A stretch of DNA of 61,484 nt, the filler included, from Bipalium vagum (lineage: Eukaryota), in assembly GCA_037834085.1 (NCBI GenBank). It is 3 parts of 3 records of this genome, joined end to end, with 100 filler letters (N's around TTAATTAATTAA, not from the genome) between each part and the next. Parts side by side here need not be neighbours in the genome. Positions count along the whole stretch, not along the records: positions 1 to 26,806 come from JBBMKC010128561.1; 2 more parts are not named here. One strand, written 5' to 3'. This document shows, in pieces, positions 12,201 through 22,939 of the stretch. The notes under the pieces are model-generated. The model was not told the DNA's origin. It saw only the letters and a list, made by a program, of their open reading frames with translations, and did not search any database. The first letter of the stretch is position 1; each line of letters begins with the position of its first letter. The translations under genes were made by a program, and so were the position numbers.

Positions 12201-15200
12201 CGATTCAGTAGCCAAGATTACCACGGATCACGTAATCAAAGTCTGTTTTCGAATCTGATCCAGTTAGGAAGCTGTGATTAAAGCAGGAGGAAGCTGGATT
12301 GAATTATATGAAATATGAATTTATGTATATTCAAATTAAAAAAAACACTTCATGATTACACTGATCATTTCAAAGATGTAGATGGTGTTTGTTTTATTGA
12401 AAATTTTCCGGATTTAAGTGACCCACCCTATATATTTATAAATATATAGTATATAATGTTGACTGGTTTGAAGGTTAAACATTTGAAAAATATTCATTCA
12501 ACTGGACTTCAGCATCTCACTAAATCTAAATCAATCGACTACAGGAATGGTTGAAAATATTCAAATGCGTTCATTTCCGTTATATTTCCTTCTGTAGTCC
12601 TTACATGTAAAAATAACAAATTATTTGAAAATTCACTTATTTTATATATTAATAATAATATTATTATAATTCAAAAGAAAATGAAATTTATACTCGTTAC
12701 CTTTTCCAATATCACAAATAAAATAGATTCATAATAATTATTAATTATTAAGCTTTAGTTGATAATATTATTAATTATACGAGTGAATTGAAAAATTTTT
12801 TTCCGTATCCATTTTAATTTTTATATTCTCAAAAAAGTTGTGTATCGATTTTTTTTCAATTATGTGTAAATTTATTAGGGCAAAGAAACGTTAAGTTTAA
12901 TGATAATATTGAAATCATTTATCCAAAGATAATATCAGGTAACTAAGAAAGTTCGTGCATGTCTTGTTAAGTATTTCTAGTCTAGTATGACTATGTTAAA
13001 AATCAAATAAAAATTAATACGTGAATCTAAGTTAAATTTTATTCATTAAATAATTGCCGTCACAATCAATAACACTCTTCCAACGAGAAGAAAGTCTATA
13101 AATATCATATTCATAAAATTTAGTAAACATTTTCCAATGTAATGCTTCAATTTTCACTCGGCAAGTTTTGTGATAATCGGTCTTGCATTATCGTGTAACA
13201 ATATAATTTCATATTTATTGATTAGACCTGGTTTTCGTTAAAGCAGCATTTTTTTACTTTATCAAGTAGCTTTACATATAAACCAGCATTGACATTAATT
13301 TAGGTTGTCGTTGAATTCAGCATTGCATTTTTCACGAGTCCCAGCAAAGAAAATGTATTAAGAATAAAAACAGGCAAACTTTTGAATTTGTAATTTTCAA
13401 ACCAAATAATTTGAAATTTGAACCAATTTATTTTTGAAGTATAATTAAGCAACATTATTAAACTTGTTTCAATTAAATTTCATCTAAATACTTAAGTAAC
13501 CTTTAATAAATACCTAAAGTAATGTGATTATTCCTGTGGATAACTAAATTAAAAACACACGATCATTAGTAATCATGAAAATTGGGTAGCCGATTGATTT
13601 GATGAGTATCTTGAGAGTTGAATTTGTCATTCTCAAACTTGTTGAACCAATATTTTCAAGTATTCAAAGCATGTTTTCTGTACTCATAAAACTTCATGAA
13701 TGGCTTCTACAACTTTCTTACTTTGATTAAAATTAAATACCAAGAAGTGGCAGAATGATCAATTTTGCACTGCATTTCAAAGCTGTCAAATTAAAATAAA
13801 ATTGAATGATTTATAAAATCCTCCCTGTACCTATGTAAAACAGAAAAAGATCTTAGAAATAAACGCAGTATTAATTATACATGACATCGTTAAGAAAAAT
13901 CCATAAAATAATAAAATCGTGGAAAAATTATGTTATAACCTGATACTTTGATAAATGATAAAACTAACTTCAAATTTTTTGAAGAGATCTTTTTGTTAAT
14001 TAAGCAGTTAAAATTAAACTTCATTTACGCATGGTGAATTACTTGTATTATCACAATAAAATTAGTATATTGTGACATTTCCTTCATCTGTGTTGATATA
14101 TATCATTATTTACCTCGTAACCACGCTCACTCAATAAGCATCTTCACAAAATCTAACTGTACGTTATTATGAGGATGCTTTTCAACTTTCTTTTAAATTT
14201 CCCTTTAAAGATAGCTAAATTGTAATTCTATACTTTGCATAATACATCGAGACATTGTTACAACGAGCTTAATTAGACAATACTCTTTACTTGTTAGAGC
14301 AATAATTTATAAAGGCCTATAAAGTAGAAAACAGATAGTTTGTAGCTCTTGTAACTGTCCATTATACAATACAACAAAAGCGTTAATCCATTGCAGTATG
14401 AAAACAATTGCATGAGCTAGAGTTCATCCTTTTCTGGTAAATAAAGTCACTAATGTTATTTCTTAGTTAACTGTCAATATTTATTAATAAACTGAAGAAG
14501 TACTCTGAGCAACAGAAGATTTCCGGTCTGGATGTTGTCAAGAAAAGATATAGATTTCCCCACAACTTGGAGATTATGTTAAATTGACCACGACGCTTAA
14601 TAATTTAATATTATCAATGTAAAGGTATAATGGTTTTATGTAATATAAAATAAATAATAAAAAAAACTATATGGATTTTACTTAATATTGGACAATATTG
14701 AAACGATATTTCTTTTACCAAAACAGAAAAAAAATTTCATGTTCAGTTTTAGTTTTGCCTTATAAATAATTATAATGCAAATAATAAATTAATAATACAA
14801 TAATATATAATATAAATGAATATATAAAAAATATAGATTATATAAAAATATAAAAAAAGATTGTACAATGATATAAAATAAAATTAAAAAAATAAATATT
14901 ATATATTATATATGAAATGCGCAAAAAGTATGGTTTTTAGTATTATAGACTTTAAAAGGCATTCTAAGACGGGTACACGTAGACCAAGAAATAAAATGAT
15001 TGAAGACCACTAATAAAAATATCGTAGGAAGTCAAAACAAAATATCATACGGTAACACAGTTAAGATAGAAACATAATCTGAGTAGAGATTGACGGCAAC
15101 TGGAGTGAGCAAAAAATTAAAATTTAGAACTAATGATTTCTGATTAATGAAAACAAGAATGTTTCAACTGCGAATAAATTTAATTTATCTAAAAAAAATT

Positions 15201-16934
15201 TTCTGAGATTTTGTTTGAACATGCATTAAATATAACTTTTAATATAAAAATCAAAAATTTCAGAATGTGACAATTTTCAATCTCCCTCACTTTGATTGTA
15301 AAAAACAACATCTCCACTTCCTAAATTATTTGTAGACTATCTCGCAAATTGTCAGACAGAAATTATTTTCCAACTCTTAAAGTGTTGTAAAATAAATAAT
15401 TGAAATATTTTTGAATTATTTTAAGAAATTTTTTAATTAATTTTTTTAATTTTAAATTTATATTATAATTATTGAAAAATGTTTTTTTTAATTAAATATT
15501 TTTTTATATATTATTTTTTATATTGATGTTATATCAATATATTCATTATTTAATCGATAAAAGTTTGATAAGATGAATCAAATAATCTATCTTTATTACT
15601 TGGTGTTATCATTTATAAAATCGGAATATGTTTATAAAATTGAATAATAATATTTATTTATAATAATATAATTATAAATATTATTCTTAAATGTCTAGTC
15701 AAAAATTCATTGTAGAAAAAATAATATAATATAATATATAATAATATAAATAATAAATAATAATTAGAGATACTGTAATTCGAACGAACAAATATTTTTT
15801 TGCAAAATATTTATAAATACATGAACATAAATCATCAGCACATTTCTGTGATCTTTCACATACACTTAGACTGATCTGACCACTGAGATACATCCCACGA
15901 CCAATTTTCTTATAATCTCAAAATAATAATAATAATAATAATGATAATAATAAAAAATAATAATATTGTTTAAATTTAATTCAAAAGAAAATTAACATTC
16001 AAGAAAAATTAATTAATTCGGCCACCCACTTCCAGACATTATACAAAAACTGTTTAAGGACAATAGCTAAGTAAAAATGTATTTTTTATTTTAATGATTA
16101 TAAACTTACATATCAAATAATAATATAAAAATTCTTTCAATAAAATTCATTACATAGCTCATATACGTGAGAATCGAATAAAATTCTCTCTACAGTACCA
16201 AAGTTTTATGACCGCCACATAATAAATGACGAGAAATAACCCATTTTCGAGACAAATGTTTTAATACTGGAATAAATTTAGACACAATATTACACTTCGT
16301 CTTATAATTTTATAGAAATGGAAAAGCGAGAATAACAATATTGAAAAAATCAATATAAAAATTAATTAATCAATTAATCAATACATAGTTAAATAAATCA
16401 CTAATTCAAACAAGACCAATTCTTATGACAATTTTAATTTAAAATCTCTTGCCTGTGCCACAGTCTCGACAATGTTAACGTGACGATCTCGAATATTTTT
16501 GATACATTCCGTATAGGACGTTATTGCTGATGCATCTTTTTCAAGATTTTCGTACTCCAAAAGTTCCATGAAACTCTTTTTGTATCTGGAAAAATGTTGA
16601 ATGGGTAATTTGCACTATTTTTACATCTCACAATCCAATAACATATTTCATATGCGATGTTTCGTGTAAACTATCGGGAAGCAGTAGAATTTCTTGCATT
16701 ATATTAGCAAGTCTGATGGGAAGTTCTTTTTTCAGAAAATTGAACGATTCAGAAGGCTTAGCATTTTTGCCTGAAGATTTCAGAAATGTTAATTATGATT
16801 ATTTTTAAAGATAAATTGTTACCAAACTGTACCAAATGCTTGAGACTTAACGGTGTTGGAGAATATCGACTACATCGTGTAAACTCTTTGGCTATGTGAC
16901 CAGTTATAGAATTCAAAAGCACTGTGAATTTCAT
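2843..16934 (-). CDS. PDK: Mitochondrial pyruvate dehydrogenase kinase (PDK family), 6 coding exons, 430 aa
   Basis: Exons 16934-16823, 16770-16632, 16585-16453, 8673-8553, 7616-7201 and 3214-2843 sum to 1293 nt in one frame. Motifs: [71 protein letters not shown] (N box), ISDYGGGIP (G1), [17 protein letters not shown] (G2), EGYGTD (G3), C-terminal DW motif. Confidence 0.96.
3690..4260 (+). mobile_element. Decayed DD41D-like Tc1/mariner transposase fragment in PDK intron 5
   Basis: [16 protein letters not shown] (compare GDxxWPPRSxDL) and a terminal [16 protein letters not shown]. Confidence 0.55.
4433..4534. repeat. Degenerate tandem repeat of AGTTATAAAT
   Basis: About 7 imperfect copies. 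Confidence 0.75.
5020..5609 (+). mobile_element. Decayed mariner (DD34D) 3' half in PDK intron 5
   Basis: [45 protein letters not shown]; ends with TIR-like TACCTAATA. Confidence 0.85.
7201..7616 (-). CDS. PDK: PDK exon 5 (TLFG...[20 protein letters not shown]...ITIK)
   Basis: ACAG acceptor, AAG|GTAAGA donor; overlaps ORF 7168-7611. Confidence 0.94.
8553..8673 (-). CDS. PDK: PDK exon 4 ([40 protein letters not shown])
   Basis: TTTTACAG acceptor; G|GTTGGT donor; not in the supplied ORF track. Confidence 0.93.
9210..10370 (+). mobile_element. DD41D (rosa/Visitor) family DNA transposon, near full-length pseudogenised transposase, in PDK intron 3
   Basis: TA|CAGGGT start; ATG at 9322 ([19 protein letters not shown]); [42 protein letters not shown]; 41 residues between the second D and the third acidic residue; stops and frameshifts. 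Confidence 0.9.
10842..11160. repeat. Solo-LTR-like insertion
   Basis: GC-richer, CA-rich block bounded by TGTTTTAAA...TTTATAACA (imperfect inverted ends, TG...CA); no TSD seen. Confidence 0.3.
11800..12431 (+). mobile_element. Decayed DD37D/maT-like transposase 3' part
   Basis: [39 protein letters not shown]; TIR-like end TAAGTGACCCACCCTATA. Confidence 0.7.
13060..13940 (-). mobile_element. Decayed mariner element
   Basis: Minus-strand ILLHDNARP (~13203-13177) and N-terminal HTH-like WFNKFEN.KFNSQD. Confidence 0.7.
14330..15060 (+). mobile_element. Short Gypsy-like pol C-terminal remnants
   Basis: PQLGDYVK (~14560-14585) and [10 protein letters not shown] (~14958-14987); weak. Confidence 0.25.
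16453..16585 (-). CDS. PDK: PDK exon 3 ([11 protein letters not shown]...[14 protein letters not shown])
   Basis: TTCCAG acceptor; ends at CAG|GCAAGA (GC donor). Confidence 0.9.
16632..16770 (-). CDS. PDK: PDK exon 2 ([34 protein letters not shown]...)
   Basis: TTCAG acceptor, TT|GTGAGA donor; 46-nt intron follows. Confidence 0.92.
16823..16934 (-). CDS. PDK: PDK exon 1 ([38 protein letters not shown])
   Basis: ATG at 16934; donor G|GTAACA; 52-nt intron follows. Confidence 0.88.
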
Positions 16935-19011
16935 ATATTTCAAAATAAATTTGAGCAAGTTGGTGAATTAAAACGCGCACTTCAAGGTCATTTTTAAATA
17001 GAATATAATTGTAATATTTTTGCGTAATTTAAAAACATATTAAAAGAAACGTAATTATTAAAATTTTAAATCAAATGTCAATTTGATAATATCTTGGGGG
17101 GGGGGGGGATAATAACATGACTGAAACCTTTGAGTACTATAAACTTTATATTGTTCTAAATCTCTGAAATGATGATGCTAAAACAGTTGATATTAATAAA
17201 ACACTATTAAAGTCTGTTAAGTTTAACAGTTTCGATTAATTTTGTTTTCTTATTTTATTCTTACGATTAAAAGTCAATATTGACTGTGCAAATGTTTAAT
17301 CATTGAATTAAGCACTTATTCGAAAAATATTTAATTTCAGAATATAAAAATTTTGTATTTCCTGGTATTGGTAATTAGGAACAGTGAGGGCCAAAAAACA
17401 AAATGCTTGGTTTGTCAAAGATTTCTATCATTCTTTGATTCTTTTACTTGAGCTTTGCCAGAGTTTCTAACTTTTTTTCCTAATACTATCTTTATTAAAA
17501 ACATGATTTGTATTTGCACTTTTTTCAAAATTGTGATGAAATCAGAAATTTGAAAAAAATTAAAATTAACTAAAATAAAAATAGTAAAAGTATTGAATTA
17601 TAATGGAACTTAACTTGGTTGAAGATTGTGTTAGCGTTTTGTTATTAGAGGATGATTTATTTATTCAAAAAAATTAATACTTTTTATGTGGCCTTTTCCT
17701 TAAATAATTAAAACTTGTTCACTAACTGATCGTTACAGACTTCTGATGAAAACTCAAAAAGACTTATAGATTTTTAATCAAAGAAAAAAGAACGAATTCT
17801 CTTTTATACTCAGCGGTTTTGAGATAAAGAAAAACTGAATGAAAATGATAATTTTAAAATGAAGAAATGAATACCAAAAAATTAAATATTTCTATCAAAA
17901 GTCTTGGCCCTTGAATTTGTTTGATTTTAATTATTAAAGCTTGAATCTGATTTTAATTTAACCTGCTTTCAATACTGATAAATGTTCGACCTCAATTCGA
18001 CATAATTTCTTATAATATTGAACTACTTTTGTCATAACTATGTTCTAGATTTTTTAAAAACAAAACTCTGAAGTTTTGTTTCCTTTCTGTTTTGGTGTTT
18101 TGTGTATTTTATATATTTTTTTCAAAAAAATATTTCGAAATAAAATTGAAAGGGAATCACCCCGATTGATGATTTTATTGATTTAGTCACAACAAGCGGC
18201 CTGGTGAAATGATTAGTCAGGATCTTGGAGCTCATATTCAGGTCAGTGTATATCTGAAATTCCCCTACCATTATCTTGGCCAATAGAAGGTTTTTATTCA
18301 CCTCAAGTAGTTGGTTTTTGAATCAGTATTAAACCTTTTGTCTCTAAGGAAAAAACCATTGATACTGTGGAGACTACGACCAAACCAAAACATACCAGTC
18401 CAAATTCAGGCAATCAACCCGGACCAAGAGCAATCTAAGAACAATTCAAATCTGTGACATTGTGTGATATCCTAATTATAATATTAGATATTTGTGACAT
18501 TTTGTGATTCATTTTTGATATCATCACCCTTTTGACAGTTATTTGTAAATTGTGTTGTCCTTTTAGTTTTATTTGACATTTTTTATATTTCCAAGTTGAA
18601 TACATGTATTACAAAATCAATTTTGACTGATTACTGATTCGTAATAAATAATAAAATGATAATTAAAAATAAATAGTAAAAAAGAAAATGAAATATCATA
18701 ATAAATAAGATAATGTATAATATAATATCTTGATGAATATCATGTAGAAATTAACATTAGTATTAGTTGTTATTTATGTATTTATTTATTTTACAAAAAT
18801 GTAACATCAAGTTACCATTATTAGAAAATACATAAGAATTTTTATATTAAAATTGAAAAAATACTAAAAATAGAAAAAAAAGGATAACAGAATTATATTT
18901 GGGAAAAGAAATTTACTAATTATATAAAGAAGGAAAAAAGAATCGTATATAAGAAAACAGAAATTAGAAGACAGACAGAAACAAAACAAACAGAAAGTTA
19001 AAAAGGAGTCT

Positions 19012-19416
19012 TGTAACCTAGATCAGTCAAGTTTAATCAAGCAGTGAACTAAGCAAAATAGAACCACGCAAAAAACAATTCAAAGCCTACATACGTACAA
19101 TCCATCGTATAAAAGGAACATCCAACGGTAACAAAAAAAATAAAGAATAGAACGCAAAGTATCTACAATCAACAGACGAACGAAAGAAGCTGAATCTACG
19201 ATCAATAGTCGAGCAAAAGAATCTATAATTAACAGACGAGTAACGAGATTCTGCGATCAACCGACGAACAAAAGAATCTGTCAATAAGCGAAAAAAATTA
19301 GACTAAAGCGTATCAACGTGAACCGGCACCGACAACCAAAGGAGCCTGCGAGCCACAATTTTATGCTAATATTTTTTTAGAAGTAAATTTTTTTATCACC
19401 TTAACAACTTGTTACA
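19012..19416. repeat. Solo-LTR-like element with an internal ~27-bp tandem array
   Basis: TGTAAC...GTTACA inverted ends; TATAAAAGG box; 4-5 degenerate copies of ATCTrCrATCAAyAGACGArCAAAAGA at ~19161-19295. Confidence 0.5.
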
Positions 19417-19744
19417 TTTATGTAACAAAGTTTTATTATAATAAAGTTTTTTTTTAAGTTTAGTATTTCATTATTATTCGTATATCAAATTTTTAACAAT
19501 GAGTTTTGATTTTTATTTCATTATCTTAAAAGATAAAAATATTTGTAGAATTTATCATAATATTTTATCCGTAACTTGTTGCTGCATTGTAAAAAAGTTT
19601 TACTATTAAATATTCATTTATATTAATAATATACCAAAGGTTCACAAGACTAGTATCGATCTTCAATAAATAATTTTGATATTTCATTTCTTTATTAAAA
19701 CAGGCGTGTTTTGTTAGACAAGACACAGTTTGTCCTAAATAAGT

Positions 19745-20136
19745 AAATAAATACTCAGGCCAGAACCTGAGGATTATCTAACTTTTTAAACTCCTTTTCC
19801 TAACTATTTTTTCTTTTATTTGTTTTTACTTAACACACTAAGTAGGGTGGTGAAGTATATTTTTTTCTTACATCGAGGACCTCTCAGCCTAAGAGCGAGA
19901 GGATTTTCCTAAATAATAATCATAATTAATAAAATCACTTTAACTCCCTTAAATCAGTCAGAACCGATATCACGTATTTGTAACTTTATTTTGAAAAAAA
20001 TAAGTATTTAAAAGTCAAAGCGTTTTCTCAGTTATTTTAACCGAACACATAAATAAGCAACCTTCACTCGTTAAGACCTAAGTATCATAATAAGCTCCAC
20101 TTTTAACATCAACCTAACCCATCTTAGGATCTTAAC
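19745..20136 (-). repeat. Structured repeat module, copy B
   Basis: Same block order and orientation as copy A, with compensatory substitutions in the stems. Confidence 0.85.
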
Positions 20137-20554
20137 AATACTTTCCAACGTAAAATTTAAAGATCTCTGACAACTTAAAATAAGGTATAGCTCAAATCAT
20201 TAATCACTTTCCATCGGCGTTATTCAAATATAATTCTTTAATTTCTTACTTATTATTACTCTATTCCAGGGACTAATAGATTCGTTATTTTAATCAATAT
20301 TCACAGTAATACTTAAATTTCGAACTATCCTTAATAATTTCAATTTATAAGCAAATTATATCAGAAAACTCAAATCTAATTAACTTATTTAATTCCTTAT
20401 GACTTTGAAATACCTTTCTGTAGTGATTTAACCATATGGGTTTTTATTCCTTTTTCAAATTCCTTTAATTATCCTATCTATCAAGGGAGTGTTTTCTCGG
20501 TGAACGTCTGATAGAGCAACTTCACTGTTGAATAAAAATAAAAAATTGACAATT

Positions 20555-21560
20555 TATTAGGGGTTTTAATTAATTTACTCCGTTATTGAACAAAACGAAC
20601 ATTTATTTTACAACATTCACAATAGATAAAGGATTCAAAATATTTTCCTTCGCTTTCCATTACTTTTAACCATCTGTCTGGCAAAAAATGAATTCTAAGC
20701 AATAAAGTGCTTTGTCCTTGGAACTATTCCAATCAGCAACCAATTTTGATACCTCTGTGTAATTAAAGCAATGTGTATCTGCCAACACATTTTATTGATC
20801 TGAAGAGTTAGTAATCGAAAGGAGCCAAGTCTGAAGAGTATCCTAGTTGCGGTAGAACTTCTTAACTTACTTTGCTACATGTGACTGAGCATTCTTTTGC
20901 AATTAAAGGATTTTGCACCTATTACTATATTTATGTATTCAATTAAATTAATTGCAGTTTGTGTCAATCTCTTGTGATGGTCTCATTATGTGATAAAAGA
21001 TCGTAATAAATAACGCTTCTTTAGATTTCAAAAAAGCTGAGTATTGTATTTTTCCGCGGATATCTTCTGTATGTCTTTTTTTCTTTACCAGAGCCTCTTG
21101 ATTGTTTACTGTTATATGGATTTCTTCAAGAACAATCAAATCTTAATATTTCAAAAACCTGTTTTCATGATATAATAAAATGTGTAAACTATAAAATATT
21201 TGTTGAGACCGAATATTCTCAATGGATTATCACTGAAATTCTCTAGCAGAGTTTGCTGCTCCAAATTTCTGATACTGAAAAACTTTTTTCTTGTTGATTT
21301 TTCTCTGAATTTAAATTTTGTAAAAATGGTCCCTACAGTTTAATTTAAAACAATTAGTAAAAAGGACTGGGAAAAATTCTTATCATAAGAAAAGTGAACC
21401 AGGCAATACTTTTTAATTTTTAATTAAATTTTTTTTCGGTTTTCCTTTTTCTTCAAATATTCTTCAAATATAACTTCATTTTGTAGTCTTAATATTGATT
21501 TTTTTTCAAAAAATGATTCTTACCAATTTTTAATTTTTTTCCTTTTCCGCTTTCAAGATT
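20555..21560 (-). mobile_element. Decayed mariner element
   Basis: Minus-strand YSSDLAPFDY.LF, IHFLPDRWLKV; TATTAGG TIR-like end at 20555; upstream boundary approximate. Confidence 0.7.
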
Positions 21561-22939
21561 TAAATTTATTTAATATAAATGACAAAATACATGCACCAAT
21601 ATTAATTTTAATAAGATTTTATTTTAAAATAAGAGTGGGATAAAAAGTGAAAACTCTTCATTATAATATCAGATTGTGCCAAATGTTTTACCAATGCAAA
21701 TTTTGAAATATACACTCAATATACAAAAACAATGGACGAATCAAGAAAACCTAATGTGGACGATGGTCAGCGAAATGAGAACCGAAACAGTCAAGGTGCA
21801 AATTTAATTACAATAAAATAGCTTGAAAACCAAGAAAAATCCCAAAACTTTACACTTTTTAAAATTCAAAATTCAATGATGAAAAAATATTTGTTTTAAT
21901 AATCAGAAAAATGAAGAATACAACTTTATAAAAACAATATTCAACAATGTAATGAAATTGTATGTCTTCCTGTGGTCCCAGATGGAATGAAAATGATGAC
22001 CCTTGTTCATACCGAAACACTTGGTAATCTTTTGATTGTTTTGAATGACAGTTGATATGGTTTAAACTATTCGTGCTCAGAGTTGAAATGGGTAGAATTA
22101 CAGCTCATTTTAACAGAGGATACATTAGTTCTACTTCTTTTGGTTCCATTGAGATTGTGCCAATTACGCGAAAGATAAATGTGGTTACACTGCAGCTCAT
22201 CTAAGATTTCTTTTCGCTGCTTCGATTAGTTTCTGTTTCCCTGAATCCCTGTCAGGTGTAGAACGGTTTTTTTTATTGGCTTTTTCCAATTTTAATTAAC
22301 CAGCCGTTTTTGTACTGCGTCTCTGTCTTGTCAGGAGGTCCGGATTTTGTCTTGCTTTATTCTAAAAAATTGTCGGATAAATTTGCGGATACTGAGGACG
22401 AAGAAAATTGACTTCTGTATTTTTTAAGTATGGTTATATATTCATGCTCGTATGTGGTTCAAAATCAATTTTTTTTCTATTGTTGCATAGATAGGTGGTA
22501 TTTGGGTTTTCAGTCAGGGGAAGTTTTTACATATTACTGTCATTACATATTACATTAATTGTTATGCCAGTACAATTATTTTTACCCAAAAGTGCTTTAA
22601 CTATTTGTAAAAATTTCTATGTAATAAATCCTAATTTTATCACCTGTCAAAATTATCTGAAATAAGATTTTCGATCGTAATGTTCAAGAAACATTTCAGA
22701 TTACTTTTGTGATTTCAAGTTGTCAACCCTCTTGTTTATAGGTAAGCCACATTTCTTATATCCGTCATGTTTTTAATAATGTTTTTTAAATCAGTCATTA
22801 ATATATTTTGTAAGAATTTATCATATATTAATGATTGGTTATTATTAATAGTGTTCAATACTATTCAAGTCTTTTATTAACATAATAATTAGTGATTCGG
22901 TACGGATAGTGACCTCATCTCTTACTCTTAAGATAAGAT

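Noticed and set aside
19161-19295. CRISPR-like array
   Set aside because: Eukaryotic context; degenerate tandem units without unique spacers; no cas genes.
20111-20119. AACCTAACC as a telomerase RNA template for TTAGG
   Set aside because: Absent from the homologous loop of copy A, so it is not a conserved feature of the module.
21950-22520. Possible Gypsy RNaseH/integrase remnant on the minus strand (similar weak signal at 18150-18480)
   Set aside because: Motifs too degenerate to support a call by eye.
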